From contig JANRKO010000059.1 in assembly GCA_033763455.1 (NCBI GenBank), forward strand, positions 18,375-82,374: 64,000 nt of DNA, given 5' to 3'. The notes under the pieces are model-generated. The model was given only the letters and a program-made list of their open reading frames with translations. It was not told the DNA's origin and made no database searches. Shown one piece after another: positions 14,188 to 25,220 of this stretch; within the stretch, counting starts at the first letter, position 1; the number at the start of each line of letters is the position of its first letter. The position numbers were made by a program, and so were the translations under genes. Origin of the DNA: Polyangiaceae bacterium. Its GTDB lineage: Bacteria; Myxococcota_A; Polyangia; Polyangiales; Polyangiaceae.

Positions 14188-15537
14188 GTGCAATACTCCG
14201 CCGAGTTCCGATGCTTTTCCGGCTGCCCCGGCTCCTATCCGGTAACCCAGCCCATCTACCTTTGTCCTTCCTGCGGAGGCCTCTTGGAGGTGTCGCACGA
14301 CTTAGAGGCATTGCGTGATCGTAGCGGGCCGGCTTGGGTAAAGCTGTTTGATGAGCGCTGGCGAAAGAATGATTGGCCGTACGGCTCGGGCGTTTGGGGC
14401 AAACGTGAGTGGGTAATGCCGCAGATGCCCGATTCGGACATCGTGTCGATGTACGAAGGTGGGACGAACCTCTTTTGGGCGGAGCGCTACGGGCAGCAGC
14501 TCGGGCTTTCCGATTTGTGGATAAAGCTGTGTGGCAATAGCCACAGTGGGTCGTTCAAAGATCTAGGCATGACGGTGCTGGTGAGCGTTGTGCGCATGGC
14601 CATCCGTCAAAAAGGCCTGAACGTCAAAGCTATCGCGTGCGCCTCCACTGGAGACACGAGCGCGGCCTTGGCAGCATATGGTGCAGCCGCCGGGTTGCCG
14701 GTGGTAGTGCTTCTTCCCACGGGCAAAATCTCAACTGCTCAGCTGGTGCAGCCGCTCGCTCATGGAGCACTTGTTCTCGGGTTGGATACCGATTTTGACG
14801 GCTGCATGGAGATCGTAAAGCAGTTAGCCGAAGAAGGCCATATCTACCTCGCCAACTCGATGAATCCACTGCGCATCGAAGGCCAGAAGACGGTTGGCAT
14901 CGAAGTGCTCCAGCAATTCGATTGGCAGCTTCCTGATTGGTTGATCTTGCCGAGCGGCAACCTTGGCAATGCAGCCGCACTTTACGCAGGCTTCAGGCTC
15001 ATGAAAGAGCTCGGCGTGATCACGCGTTACCCCCGGCTCGTGGTGGCTCAGGCCGAAAATGCCAACCCGCTGTACCTCGCCTGGCGTGCCGGCAAGAAAA
15101 TGGTCGACCCAGTTGTAGCCAAACCCACCCAAGCAACAGCTATTCAGATCGGTAATCCTGTGAGCGCTCCTCGCGCCATCAAGGCGCTGGAAGAAATGAA
15201 TGGCATCGTCGAGCAAGCTAGTGAGCAGGAGTTAGCGGATGCAGCCGCTCGCGCTGATCGCACCGGCCTCTACGCCTGCCCACACACGGCCGTGGGTCTC
15301 GCGGTTTTGGAGAAGCTGGTCGGCAACGGCACGATCGGAAAAAATGACCGCGTGGTTTGCATTTCCACTGCCAATGGCCTGAAATTCACTGAATTCAAGG
15401 TGAACTACCACGATCCCAATCAGACCGTCCCCGGCGTGAGGCCGTCGCACGCGAACCCGCCCGTAATGCTCAAAGCAGATTACGGGCAGGTGGTGGACGC
15501 ACTCAAGAAGCGTTTCTCGAGCTCGCAACTGGGTTGA
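14188..15537 (+). CDS. thrC: threonine synthase
   Basis: [11 protein letters not shown] lysine, [33 protein letters not shown] start inferred. Confidence 0.92.
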   Translation: MQYSAEFRCFSGCPGSYPVTQPIYLCPSCGGLLEVSHDLEALRDRSGPAWVKLFDERWRKNDWPYGSGVWGKREWVMPQMPDSDIVSMYEGGTNLFWAERYGQQLGLSDLWIKLCGNSHSGSFKDLGMTVLVSVVRMAIRQKGLNVKAIACASTGDTSAALAAYGAAAGLPVVVLLPTGKISTAQLVQPLAHGALVLGLDTDFDGCMEIVKQLAEEGHIYLANSMNPLRIEGQKTVGIEVLQQFDWQLPDWLILPSGNLGNAAALYAGFRLMKELGVITRYPRLVVAQAENANPLYLAWRAGKKMVDPVVAKPTQATAIQIGNPVSAPRAIKALEEMNGIVEQASEQELADAAARADRTGLYACPHTAVGLAVLEKLVGNGTIGKNDRVVCISTANGLKFTEFKVNYHDPNQTVPGVRPSHANPPVMLKADYGQVVDALKKRFSSSQLG

Positions 15538-15549
15538 GTCAACCCTGAG

Positions 15550-15685
15550 GCGCCGGCCCTGATCCGGCGGTAAGGCGCGCCTTTGGTGTGTAAGTGATCG
15601 AAATTGCTCCATAGTTGTTGGGTAGGGGGCGTCACCGAATTGGTTGGATGCCCACCCCGGCTGCCGCATGAAGCGGCAGCCTGCC
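15550..15685. repeat. copy A of a ~136-bp dispersed repeat
   Basis: Aligns by eye with 30721-30856; shared GTGATCGAAATTGC.CCATAGTTGT and GGGCGTCACCGAATTGGTT; terminal hairpin GGCTGCCGC..GCGGCAGCC. Confidence 0.85.
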
Positions 15686-15792
15686 CCTCCCAAGCGTCTC
15701 CTGTGCAGGAGCCGCGGGCGGGGCGTGTGCCTGGCATCACCGCGCTGCAACTGAGGGGATTGCAACCTGAAAGGCCGTGGGCAGCGCGGCTT

Positions 15793-15867
15793 CTCGTTTT
15801 TGGGATTGGGGATAAACGCGTTGGAAGCGGCGGCCACTACCTGCGAATGCCCAATCCCAAAAACGAG
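15793..15867. repeat. perfect 18-bp inverted repeat with 39-nt spacer
   Basis: CTCGTTTTTGGGATTGGG (15793-15810) / CCCAATCCCAAAAACGAG (15850-15867). Confidence 0.9.
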
Positions 15868-16055
15868 CCCTATTGGGGATTTACGGAAATGGTGGTCATC
15901 TGATAGTAGTTAACCTAAGAAGATTCTAGGCAGACCGCGGCCACAAGCGGAGGCGCTCGCGCACTAAAAGGGCGGCCGGGGTTATCAGCCGGTTTGCATT
16001 TATTGGGCGGATCAAGACCTGGTGGTTGGCGATGAGTACCGCGATGGCAATGTGC

Positions 16056-16395
16056 ACCGATAGCGCGTGTTATCACTCCACCGTCATCAAGTGGTTGGCA
16101 AACGCAGAGCGCGCCAACGGCCCACAGGGCCCGATTGGCTTTACTATCAGCGCGGACATGACGACCGAGCTTCGAGCACTGGCCGCCGCGGTGCCCGAGG
16201 CCGACTGGGCATTTGTGGAGGAACGCTCTGACGCCATCGTCTCTGCGGCAGAGGTCGAGTTTACACCGGGTAATTGGCCAAAACCGCGGAGCCTATGCGT
16301 TAGGTACTGGTGCGCATCAAAAAGCGCCAAGGCGAATTCTTTTCGACCGGCTCCGACACACGCTTCCTCGCAGTAGTGAGCAATCGCCGCGACGT
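16056..16395 (+). pseudogene. IS1380-family transposase internal fragment
   Basis: DSACY...FTISADMT..L.....PEADW...AEVEFTPGNW, then a frameshift and stop into VLVRIKKRQGEFF...FLAVVSNR, which resembles IS1380 DDE transposases. Confidence 0.65.
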
Positions 16396-16431
16396 AGGAG
16401 AACGTGCTCCCCCAAGCTCTGGCGGCGATCT

Positions 16432-17529
16432 TCAGAACGTGAAGCGTGCGTTCGCGCCGCCACCTTTGGTGGACGCGTAGGGCGTGAATTCCAGCTTGGA
16501 TGCTGTTGGTGCCGCACCCGCATCTTCGGTTTCCGGACTCGTTAGCAGGACCACGCCGGTTAAGCCCAGGGTAACTGCAACACCGAACGCCATGTCTGAA
16601 ATCAATGCATTGCGTTCCACATCGTCAGCCTTCTTGCCGGTCGGATTGTCGTTGAAATCACTCTTGGCGCTCAAGGCTTGGAAACCAAAGATGCTTCCAA
16701 CGACTACGCCGGCGCCTGCAAGACCCAAGGTGATGTAAGCTGGAGTATTGCTCCTGGCGGATGGTGGTGGAGCGGCCACGGCCTCTGCGGGCGCAGGCTT
16801 CGGCTGGGTAACGGGAGGTGGCGGGGGAGCCACGGCGGGTGCGGGCGGCGGGGGCGCGAGGAGAGGCTCAAGCTTTAGCTGGCTCTCGACCTTCTTACCG
16901 CCTGTCACCTCAACCTCTAGGGTCTGGGGCTGGTAGTCCATCGCTGCCACCTCGAGCTTGTGTTTGCCGGGCGCGAGCTTGAGCGTGAGGGGGGTGACAC
17001 CTGGCTGAGCTACACCGTCGACGCTTACCGTGGCACCTTTCGGATCCGTGCTGAGCTGTAACTCGCCTGATTGCTTGGCCTGGAGCTCGGCAAGCTTGGC
17101 CGTCGCCTCGGCGACTTTCTGTTCCCCAACTTTATCTTTTGCGGGATTGCTCAGAAACACTTGAAGGGCTTCGACGGCTTCGTTCAGGGTGCTCTCTTGG
17201 CCCGCTAGGCTCATGCCGATCCAATATTCAGCATGGGGGGTGGGCAAAATGCCGTTCGCCTTCTGGAAACTCTCCGCAGCTTCGGCGAAATTTCCAGCTT
17301 TGAACGCCTTCTGGCCCGCCTCAAACGCCTTGCGTGCGGCGTCTTTGGTCTTCTTGTCAGGAGCTGATTTAGGGGCGCTCTCCGGAGCGGGACTCGCCGC
17401 AGCCTTGGCTGGCTGGCCAGCGGCCGTTTGAGCCAACGCAGAGGGTGCAATAAGGGTGGTGGCGATGGCGCCGGCCGTCACGACAGATACAAGTTTGGAG
17501 CTAAGCGAGGAAAAGCGGTGCTGCAGCAT
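16432..17529 (-). CDS. TPR + PEGA domain secreted/membrane protein
   Basis: Signal peptide, TPR-like helices, PEGA motif TDPKGATVSVDG..GVTPL...PGKHKLEV, C-terminal hydrophobic segments. Confidence 0.85.
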   Translation of the reverse strand: MLQHRFSSLSSKLVSVVTAGAIATTLIAPSALAQTAAGQPAKAAASPAPESAPKSAPDKKTKDAARKAFEAGQKAFKAGNFAEAAESFQKANGILPTPHAEYWIGMSLAGQESTLNEAVEALQVFLSNPAKDKVGEQKVAEATAKLAELQAKQSGELQLSTDPKGATVSVDGVAQPGVTPLTLKLAPGKHKLEVAAMDYQPQTLEVEVTGGKKVESQLKLEPLLAPPPPAPAVAPPPPPVTQPKPAPAEAVAAPPPSARSNTPAYITLGLAGAGVVVGSIFGFQALSAKSDFNDNPTGKKADDVERNALISDMAFGVAVTLGLTGVVLLTSPETEDAGAAPTASKLEFTPYASTKGGGANARFTF

Positions 17530-17709
17530 TTGAAGGATTCTCCAGGGGGACGATGACGCCGGGCAAAAGTACCCCCGAGGTTACCCCCACGACAACCCCT
17601 TTCCCGTATCGTTCTGGTGACGAGAGGTCACATCTTGGCTTGGCTAGGCTACGATGTGGTCGTTACACCGCATTAACACCACTGGATTCTTCTTGAACTT
17701 CGGACCCCG

Positions 17710-20700
17710 ATGAGTTCCCCAGCCGCCCCGACCGACTCGCCAGCCTCTCCACCGGTCGAGCATTACCAGCCGCACAAAACACTGAGGCGGTTTCAGGGTC
17801 GCACAGCCGAGCTCGCCACGCTCCGCGCCCAGTGTCGAACCGCAAACGCTGACAATGATGTTGAGGCTGAGCGGCGTGCGAGTGCTCAGCTGGCGCGTGC
17901 CTTAGCTCGCAATGGCATCTTGCTGGGTCAAGCTACCAAGGCCGCGCGGCGCGCCCTCTTGTTGGGGGAGCAAGACGGTCTTCGCGAGGAGCTATCCGCG
18001 TGGTTTGCGGGACTTGGCGAGGCAAGTTTAGCTTGCGCCGCGTTGACGCCCCTGTTGCAGCAGCAATCGGGAACTACGGCGATGCATACGCTGATTCGTA
18101 TTGCCGTTCTTTCGGCGCGCTCGGGTGACGACGACGCGGCGGTGGATGCACTCTCTGGAGCGGTCAACGAAAACCCATCGGATCCTTTGCCGTTAGAGCT
18201 CCTGGGTGCCGTTCGGTTTTGGTCGGAGACTTCGATTTCGGCAGAAAAAGCCGCATCTTATTACCTTCTGGCGGCCAACGCTCGGCAAGCGCGCGGTGAG
18301 GGCTCCGCGGCGTTCGAAGACTTGCTGCGTGCGTTGGAGATGGCGCCAGGTTATGAACCAGCCGCACGTGCTGTGGCCGAAGCTCTGAGCGCACGAGGGC
18401 GTGAGGAGGCGGCGGATGAAGTTTGGCGCGAATACGCGTCGCTATGCCCTGACCCACGGGAAGCGCATTGGAATCGTCTTGAGCGCGCACTCACCCATGC
18501 GGATCTTCCATTGGCGCTCGCAGCGGCTTTTGATGGCGGCTTCCTCGGCACGGATCCCGAGAATATTCTCGCGCTTTCTGGCCAGGCGAATTCCGAGGAG
18601 GCATCTCGTGCCGCGCGAAGTCAGGAGCTGCTCTGGCAGAGTGGTCTCGGTTTGGTAGCCATTGGCCGGCTTGTAGTCGCGGCCGCATCTGAGCTCTTAA
18701 GCGCCGAGGCGAAGAGTGATCTTTGGCTGGTTGCAGGCCGCGCCTGGCAATCCCGCTTCTCGAATAATCTGGAGGCTCGCGAGGCATTTTTGCGTGCTCT
18801 TGAACTATCGCCAGATTCGCAAGAGGCCAAAGATGCCCTCAAGCAATTGGAGCGCGCTGGGCGCGAGAGGGAAGAATGGGACACAAGCCCCACCTCGCTC
18901 CTCTCCGAAGAAGCTCCCGCTAGGATTTGGTTGCTGGCTCAGCAACAGGGTCGACCATTGGCGGCGGCTCCCGCCCTTGAGGCCTTGGCATCGCCCCAGG
19001 TACCGAAGGTGAAAGCCGTGTTGATGGCCCTCGCTGCCGAAGCTTGGGCCCGCTCGGGCCTCTTGGACGAAGCTCTGCGCGCGATCAAGCTTTCCGTACT
19101 AGCAGATCCGGAGTGTGCACGAGCTGCCCGGGTGCATGCGGATCTTGTCCTGCAAACGGAACGAGGGCACGCCGAAGCCATTGAGCGAGCCGTGAGCCTG
19201 GTATTGCCTCGGGCTATGTGGTGTGAAGCGCTCGCTCAGCGCTATCGGCAAACGGAGCCCGCCCTTGCGATGGCTTGGGCGGAGCGACGCTTGGTGCTGT
19301 GTCCAGGCAGCTTGAGCGCCGCCCGAGCGCTTCTCGAAATTGCTGCCGAAGCTGGTCAGAAGCACAAGCTTGTCGAAGGCCTTTCCTGGTCGCTCTCGCA
19401 ACCTCAGCCACTGTCAACCTTATCCGGCACGATTGCAGAGGCGCTTTTGAGCCTTTCGTTGCTGGATCCTGAGGAATGCATTCGCTTGAGCCGGCGTGCG
19501 TTGGGTATCCTCGGCCCCCAGGATGAAGTGCTGCGCGGGGCACTGCTTGGGATCTCGGCGACCCTGCAGCGGCCAGACCTCGGGGCATTGGTGTTCGAGC
19601 GTTGGTTTGCCGTTCTGGACGAACCTAACCCAGATCGATACCTGGATTTGTCCGATTTGCATCAGGCCGCGGGTGAGCCACTTGGTTGGATTGCGGCACT
19701 TGAGCGGGCCCTCAAACGCGGAGCCCCACCTCGCACGGTGCTGGAGCGCCTGGAGCGTGCCTCGGAACCCACCGAGCCGGACGCCTTGTTTGCGTTCCTT
19801 GAAACTCGAGCTTTAGCTTTGGAGGCACTCGGTGCGGATCGCATGGCGCGAGTGCACGCGCACCGCTTGTTCGCGCGGGCTGCTTGGGATCTTGCAAGCG
19901 ATGTGGAGCAGGCCTTTACGAGTCTTCGCGCGGCATACGCGGCGGATGGGCAGGAGGCCCCGGAATGGTTGCTGAGCGATTTCGAGGACCTTGGAGGGGA
20001 ACAAGAGCTGCACTACCTGCTTCAATTCTTGGCGGCCCCGGCCTTCAAAAAAAACTCGGCGCGCATATTAACGCGAGCTGCCGTCCGCGCCTTCGGCAAG
20101 GAGCAAAATCGCCTCGCTTTGAAGCTTTCGGAAGAGGCGCTCACGCGCGAGCCTGCGTTTACCGAGGCACTCGCGATCTTTGAAGAAGTCGCACAAAAGC
20201 TCGGTGATTGGGACTCTTTGGAGGGGGGGTACGCGCGGGTGAGTCGAGCCACCTTGGGAAGCTTTGGCGAACGCGCGCTTCATTACCGGGCGGCTCGGCA
20301 GTTCGAAACTGTGCGTGAGATGGAGCGCGCTCTCAACCACGCAATCAAGGCTTTTGAGGCAGTGCCCGCCGACGGCTTGGCGCTCGCGTTAGCGCAGAGC
20401 CTCGCAGAACGAGAGCAGAAACGTTCCCTCGTGGTCGCAGCCATGCGGCGTGTTGCGGAAAGCTCAGATACGTCCGAGTTGCGTCTAAGTTGGCTCGTTC
20501 GCGCTGCGGCTGCCGCCGATACCAACGAAGCGGGCTGCCGAAGCCGGGTGCAGCTTCTGTTGGAAGCTTTGAAGCTTGCGCCTGACAAGGAAACGTTCAC
20601 CAAACTGCACGATGCGCTTACAGCTCTTTCGCTACTAGCGCCCGGCGAGCGGACCCCATTTGCCGAAGCCTTCGAGCAGACCTTGGAACGTGTCTTGCCA

Positions 20701-23700
20701 ACGCTAGATGGTCCAATTGGTGCGCGCGCGGCGCTCGAAGCCGCGCGCATCGCAGTAGTCCATTTCGGTCAACCGCGCTGGGCGCTTGCCGCGTTGTCGC
20801 AGGCCGCAGCTGCCGATGCAGATCTCGAAGAGTTCGAGACGATGTTCGAGTACGCGTCGCTCTTGGGGAAAAAAGAGCAAGGCGCCGAGGCACTCCTACA
20901 GCGAGCCGAAGAGTTGTCGGTCAGTCGTTTCGCAAGCGCGGGTACCTCTTTTCTTGAGCTCTGCGCTCGCATAGCTGAGGCTCTTGGTGAGCTTGGCGCG
21001 GCGAGCCGGTTGTTAGCTGCTTCGGCTCGGCTTGCACCTGAAAATGCCGCTCTTCTGTCCCGAGCACGCGAGCTTGCAGCTAAGGGGTTCGAGCCAGGCC
21101 TGCTGGAGACGCTGCCTCTTCCTCCTGACCACCCCGATCGCCCCAGCGCACTTATCGCCCAGGCGAAGATAGACGAAGAACGCGGTGATCTCGGGGCAGC
21201 CAAGCAGAGCTTGATCGAGGCGCTTGCTCTGCGCCTGTCAGAAGAGGAAAGAAAACGGGCCCTGCTCTTGCTGTTTCGACTACATGCCGCCCTTGGCGAA
21301 GGGGCGGAGCTCAAGGAGCGCTGGGAGGCGCAAAGTGGGTTAGACCGAGAGCTTAGGCTTGAGCTGCTCTTGGCCCTGGTTCAGAGCGTTGCACGTACGA
21401 ACGGGCAGGAAGCAAAGGCGCTTGATTTATTGCTGGGGGAGCGTGGGGAGTTCGAGCGCGAGGCTTTGTTCTGTCAAAAGTGGTTAGCCTTGGCCAAAAA
21501 GGCAGACGATGAAGCAGCGCAAAGGCAGGCTCTAGAAGCCTTGCTGAAGATAGAGGGCGACGCGCAACAAGGCGAGCATGCTCGGCAGCTGGCGCGTTTG
21601 CTGGAGAAACAGCACGACCGTCCGGGCGCCGCCAAGATTTGGACCTTGGTGCATCAGCAAGATCCCACCGATGTCGAAGCCCTTCGCGCTCTTGAACGTG
21701 AAGCTGAAGCGGATGGCAACTACCCTGAATTGGTGGAGCTTTTGGGCCAGCGCGCCGTTCTCACAACGGATATCTCAGTCCTTCGAGACCTGCGTTTGCG
21801 CCGTGCCAGGCTGCTCCTGCAGAAGCTCGAACGTTCGCGGGAAGCATTTGACGAATTAACGCAAGCTGTTAGCCATGGGCCGATAGACGATCGCGCTGTT
21901 GCGGGGATTGTGGAGCTAATCCGCGATCGTAGAGACCCGGCTTTGTGGGCCCCCCTGTGGCTCAAGCTTTCCCCCCTTACGGCGGATTTTTCGCGACGGG
22001 TTGAGTTTGTGGAGCGCGCTTGTGCGGGTTTTCTCGACATCAACGATGCTCCAGCGGCACGACGAGCCTTGGAAACGTTGGCACCCGCCTGTTCGGAGGC
22101 TGAGCTGGCACGGCATGCGCTTTCGCTTGAACGGAGGATTGGAGAGCCTGTGGCCATTGCCTCGGCACTTTCGAAACTCGCCCGTGTGAGCGCTGAACCG
22201 CCCAGCGTGCGCGCCGGTTACCTGGTAGAGGCCGCCCGTCGCGTCGCAAATCCAGAAGATCTGAGCCAAGCCACCCGCTATGCGGAGGAGGCCCACCAGC
22301 TCGACGCCACCAATCCGGATGTGCATGTATGCCTTGAATGGTTCGCGTACCTCACGCGAGGTCCGGGCTCCGGGGACCTCAGTCAGCAAGCGGTGCATGA
22401 TCTGCGCAAGTGGGACGCTGGGCTGTCTCTTGAGTTGATGCCGTTGCGTTCATTTCTCTTGGCCGAAGCGCTGGACGTCGTGGAGGGAGGTGGAGCCGGC
22501 ATGCGGGAGTTGAACGCTGCGGCGGCGGACTTCGGTGAGTCGGGGTTGGTCGCACTCGGCTTGGCAGAGCGCTTTGCCCTGGTAGAGGACTACGAGAGGG
22601 CGCTGCTTGCTTTCGATAGGGCTCTTTTGGGTGACCTCATGCTCGTGCGCACCCGCGGTCAGGTGTTGATGCGCGCCGCCCATGTCGCTCGTGGGGCACG
22701 CCGATTCGATCGTGCCCTCCACTACCTCAAACTTGCCGAAGGCGAGGAGGACGTTCGAGGCCTGGCACTGGAGCTTGAAATGCGCGTTTCGCGTGAACTC
22801 CAGGCAGAGAACCGGAGAACGACCTCCAGGCCACCAGAAATCGTGCGGCTCGGGGGGCTGGGTTCCGCTTCGGAATTGCCCGTTCCGAATATTCCTCCGG
22901 CGGCTGAAGCCGATACCCTGAAAACACCCCCAGACCACGCCTCTCCACGCAAGTCCGTCGCGCCTGGTCCCTCCCACACCAGGCGGAGCGATCGTGCGAA
23001 CCCAATGCGCAGCCCCGGTGGTTACTCACTTGCGTCCGAAGGTGCGGTCGAGGAGATCCGTGTGAAGCGCAGCTCCTCCGCGCCGAAGACGCCGTCGAGC
23101 GACACCCTTGCCGCCGCAGGTGGCTACTCAGTGCGGCCCGCGATTGAAACGGCCGAGGCCCTCAGGCCGAGCAAGGTGCCCCAAATCAGCACTCCCGCAT
23201 CGCAACTCAACACTCCGACACCTCGGCCTTCTCGTAGCGTGGGCGCCTATTCGCTCCGAACCCCCGAAGCAGACCTCATCGACGTACGACGCATCAGCAG
23301 TCGCCCGCCTCAGGTAACACCGAAGGAGCCCGCAACAGCGGCCGAGGCTACCGCGCGTGTGAGTTCGGTGCCACCGAGTCCACGTGAGCATTCGTCAGCG
23401 CGCTTTCGTGCACTACGTCGTATGGACCCCACAGTGATCCCGGCGCGCACGGCCCACGAGGCACAGCTTTTGGCGGAGCTAAAAGCTGGCCAAATCTCCG
23501 CAGGCAAGGAGCTCGTTGCCGCGTTTGAGGGCGTGCCCGGTCGCGAGCAGGATCAGACGCTCCTCTGCCAATTCCTGAGTCAGTTGTTGCCGGGTGACTC
23601 TTGGGTGCTTGGCAAGCTCCACCAAGCCGCAGTTGCCGATCGGAACCATATTCTCGGTCGCGCCGTCCAGCATGTGCTGCTGCTTTCGGGTGAAGAGCAA

Positions 23701-24561
23701 GCGAGCATGCCGCCGCCGCTGGAAGAACAAACCGAGCAACCGGAGGCTGTGCAGGCGCTCTTATTCCGAGACGCGGGCTCGGCAGCCACCGAGGCATTGG
23801 CGTTAGCTTGGGAGGGGGCTCAGCATGTTCTTCATCGCGACCAGAAATTGTACGGAATATCGAACTACGAGCGCGTGCCCTTGGGCCCCGTTTCGCCCCT
23901 GGGCCGCGTCTATAGCGGCGTTGCGCGAGCCCTAGGGATGGTGAAAGTGCCGCTGTTTTTTAGAGCAACCGAAGCTCCGTTCGACGCGCGGGTGGCTCTT
24001 TTATCCCCTCCGTCGATCCTCGCCACCGGGCACGTTTCCGTTGATAACAGAGAACTGCAATTTCAGCTGGGTGCAGCCCTAACAGCCGCACTCCCGCAGT
24101 ACGCCCTATTGTTCGGCTTGCCCGAGGCCGAAGCGAGCGCGTTGCTCTTGGCGCTCGTTCATGCATTTGGCCCCCCGCGCCAAGGCAACGCGGGGTTGGC
24201 CGCTTCAGCACAATTGGCCGAGGTGCTCTGGGAGGGGATCCCCAGGCGTTCGCAGCGGCGCCTCCAGGAGTTGTGCCACGACGTCGAAGATTTTTCGTAT
24301 GATCGGGCCGTGGCGACGGCGCGGCTCGGGCAATATCGGGCGGGTCTCTTTGTTTGCGGAGACCTTGCAGTTGCCGTTCAACAGATCTGCGCGCTCGAAG
24401 GGATCGCGTTCTCCGGGCTCTCAGCACCCGGGGAGTTGGCGAGGCTATGCCGGGAGAGCCACCCCGTGGCTGATCTTGTGAGGCTTGCTTCAAGCTCACT
24501 GTACGCGGAGATGCGGTGGCGACGAAATGAAGGCAGCTTCGGGCGAATGTTAGTCGAGTGA
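17710..24561 (+). CDS. giant TPR-rich protein (2283 aa), myxobacterial type
   Basis: Long Ala/Leu/Glu/Arg helical repeats, a Pro/Ser low-complexity linker, and a C-terminal RAGLFVCGDL motif. Confidence 0.75.
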   Translation: MSSPAAPTDSPASPPVEHYQPHKTLRRFQGRTAELATLRAQCRTANADNDVEAERRASAQLARALARNGILLGQATKAARRALLLGEQDGLREELSAWFAGLGEASLACAALTPLLQQQSGTTAMHTLIRIAVLSARSGDDDAAVDALSGAVNENPSDPLPLELLGAVRFWSETSISAEKAASYYLLAANARQARGEGSAAFEDLLRALEMAPGYEPAARAVAEALSARGREEAADEVWREYASLCPDPREAHWNRLERALTHADLPLALAAAFDGGFLGTDPENILALSGQANSEEASRAARSQELLWQSGLGLVAIGRLVVAAASELLSAEAKSDLWLVAGRAWQSRFSNNLEAREAFLRALELSPDSQEAKDALKQLERAGREREEWDTSPTSLLSEEAPARIWLLAQQQGRPLAAAPALEALASPQVPKVKAVLMALAAEAWARSGLLDEALRAIKLSVLADPECARAARVHADLVLQTERGHAEAIERAVSLVLPRAMWCEALAQRYRQTEPALAMAWAERRLVLCPGSLSAARALLEIAAEAGQKHKLVEGLSWSLSQPQPLSTLSGTIAEALLSLSLLDPEECIRLSRRALGILGPQDEVLRGALLGISATLQRPDLGALVFERWFAVLDEPNPDRYLDLSDLHQAAGEPLGWIAALERALKRGAPPRTVLERLERASEPTEPDALFAFLETRALALEALGADRMARVHAHRLFARAAWDLASDVEQAFTSLRAAYAADGQEAPEWLLSDFEDLGGEQELHYLLQFLAAPAFKKNSARILTRAAVRAFGKEQNRLALKLSEEALTREPAFTEALAIFEEVAQKLGDWDSLEGGYARVSRATLGSFGERALHYRAARQFETVREMERALNHAIKAFEAVPADGLALALAQSLAEREQKRSLVVAAMRRVAESSDTSELRLSWLVRAAAAADTNEAGCRSRVQLLLEALKLAPDKETFTKLHDALTALSLLAPGERTPFAEAFEQTLERVLPTLDGPIGARAALEAARIAVVHFGQPRWALAALSQAAAADADLEEFETMFEYASLLGKKEQGAEALLQRAEELSVSRFASAGTSFLELCARIAEALGELGAASRLLAASARLAPENAALLSRARELAAKGFEPGLLETLPLPPDHPDRPSALIAQAKIDEERGDLGAAKQSLIEALALRLSEEERKRALLLLFRLHAALGEGAELKERWEAQSGLDRELRLELLLALVQSVARTNGQEAKALDLLLGERGEFEREALFCQKWLALAKKADDEAAQRQALEALLKIEGDAQQGEHARQLARLLEKQHDRPGAAKIWTLVHQQDPTDVEALRALEREAEADGNYPELVELLGQRAVLTTDISVLRDLRLRRARLLLQKLERSREAFDELTQAVSHGPIDDRAVAGIVELIRDRRDPALWAPLWLKLSPLTADFSRRVEFVERACAGFLDINDAPAARRALETLAPACSEAELARHALSLERRIGEPVAIASALSKLARVSAEPPSVRAGYLVEAARRVANPEDLSQATRYAEEAHQLDATNPDVHVCLEWFAYLTRGPGSGDLSQQAVHDLRKWDAGLSLELMPLRSFLLAEALDVVEGGGAGMRELNAAAADFGESGLVALGLAERFALVEDYERALLAFDRALLGDLMLVRTRGQVLMRAAHVARGARRFDRALHYLKLAEGEEDVRGLALELEMRVSRELQAENRRTTSRPPEIVRLGGLGSASELPVPNIPPAAEADTLKTPPDHASPRKSVAPGPSHTRRSDRANPMRSPGGYSLASEGAVEEIRVKRSSSAPKTPSSDTLAAAGGYSVRPAIETAEALRPSKVPQISTPASQLNTPTPRPSRSVGAYSLRTPEADLIDVRRISSRPPQVTPKEPATAAEATARVSSVPPSPREHSSARFRALRRMDPTVIPARTAHEAQLLAELKAGQISAGKELVAAFEGVPGREQDQTLLCQFLSQLLPGDSWVLGKLHQAAVADRNHILGRAVQHVLLLSGEEQASMPPPLEEQTEQPEAVQALLFRDAGSAATEALALAWEGAQHVLHRDQKLYGISNYERVPLGPVSPLGRVYSGVARALGMVKVPLFFRATEAPFDARVALLSPPSILATGHVSVDNRELQFQLGAALTAALPQYALLFGLPEAEASALLLALVHAFGPPRQGNAGLAASAQLAEVLWEGIPRRSQRRLQELCHDVEDFSYDRAVATARLGQYRAGLFVCGDLAVAVQQICALEGIAFSGLSAPGELARLCRESHPVADLVRLASSSLYAEMRWRRNEGSFGRMLVE

Positions 24562-24680
24562 GCATGCTAGGCGCGTCGTTACTTCGATCCATCACGACAG
24601 GATTGTCGCGCTCGGCTTCGCTCTTCGGTAGAGATTTTCGGCAGTTGGGGGCGGTGGCACGGCGTTCGCACGGAGTACGA

Positions 24681-25220
24681 GTGAAGCTCCAACGTGTGTT
24701 GTTGCTGGCAGCGTCTTTCCCCCTCTCGGCATGCGTCCTTTCGGGACCGCCCGAGTTCGAGCAGTCCACCAAGATCACTCCTGTGCTGAACTACAACGAA
24801 GCCGTTCCACCCCTCACGCGAATCCTGGATGCCCGCACCGGTGAGTCGATCGCGTTTAAGGTGCCATTTCAATCCCAAGATTTCAGTGGTCAAGATGATC
24901 GCGAATTGGTCGAAGGTGTGCTCTTGCTCGATTACACCCTGGTGAAGCCAGACAACCGGGTGGGTGGTCCGACGCTGCTGGATCCGGATGTCTTCGCAAA
25001 AAAGCGTGACATGGAGGTGCGCTGGAGCGTGGGCGCTGGGCTCAACGGTTGCCACCAGATTTCGATGGTGATGGGCCATCGATCCAACTTTGACAGCCAG
25101 ACTCACCTTCCGATCATGGGCGCCAGCCTAGGAATTGCAGTCTGGTGGGTGAACGTAAATCCAAAGCCGGATCAACCCACGACACTCCTTGATTGTCCTC
25201 AAGTGGGAGCGGCGCCATGA
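24681..25220 (+). CDS. hypothetical lipoprotein
   Basis: GGAG before GTG 24681; lipobox LSAC; stop overlaps next ATG. Confidence 0.65.
   Translation: MKLQRVLLLAASFPLSACVLSGPPEFEQSTKITPVLNYNEAVPPLTRILDARTGESIAFKVPFQSQDFSGQDDRELVEGVLLLDYTLVKPDNRVGGPTLLDPDVFAKKRDMEVRWSVGAGLNGCHQISMVMGHRSNFDSQTHLPIMGASLGIAVWWVNVNPKPDQPTTLLDCPQVGAAP

Noticed and set aside
17570..17590. TACCCCCGAGGTTACCCCC as a third CsoR box
   Set aside because: A direct repeat of C-tracts without the GGGGGCAT half; outside the island and not near metal genes
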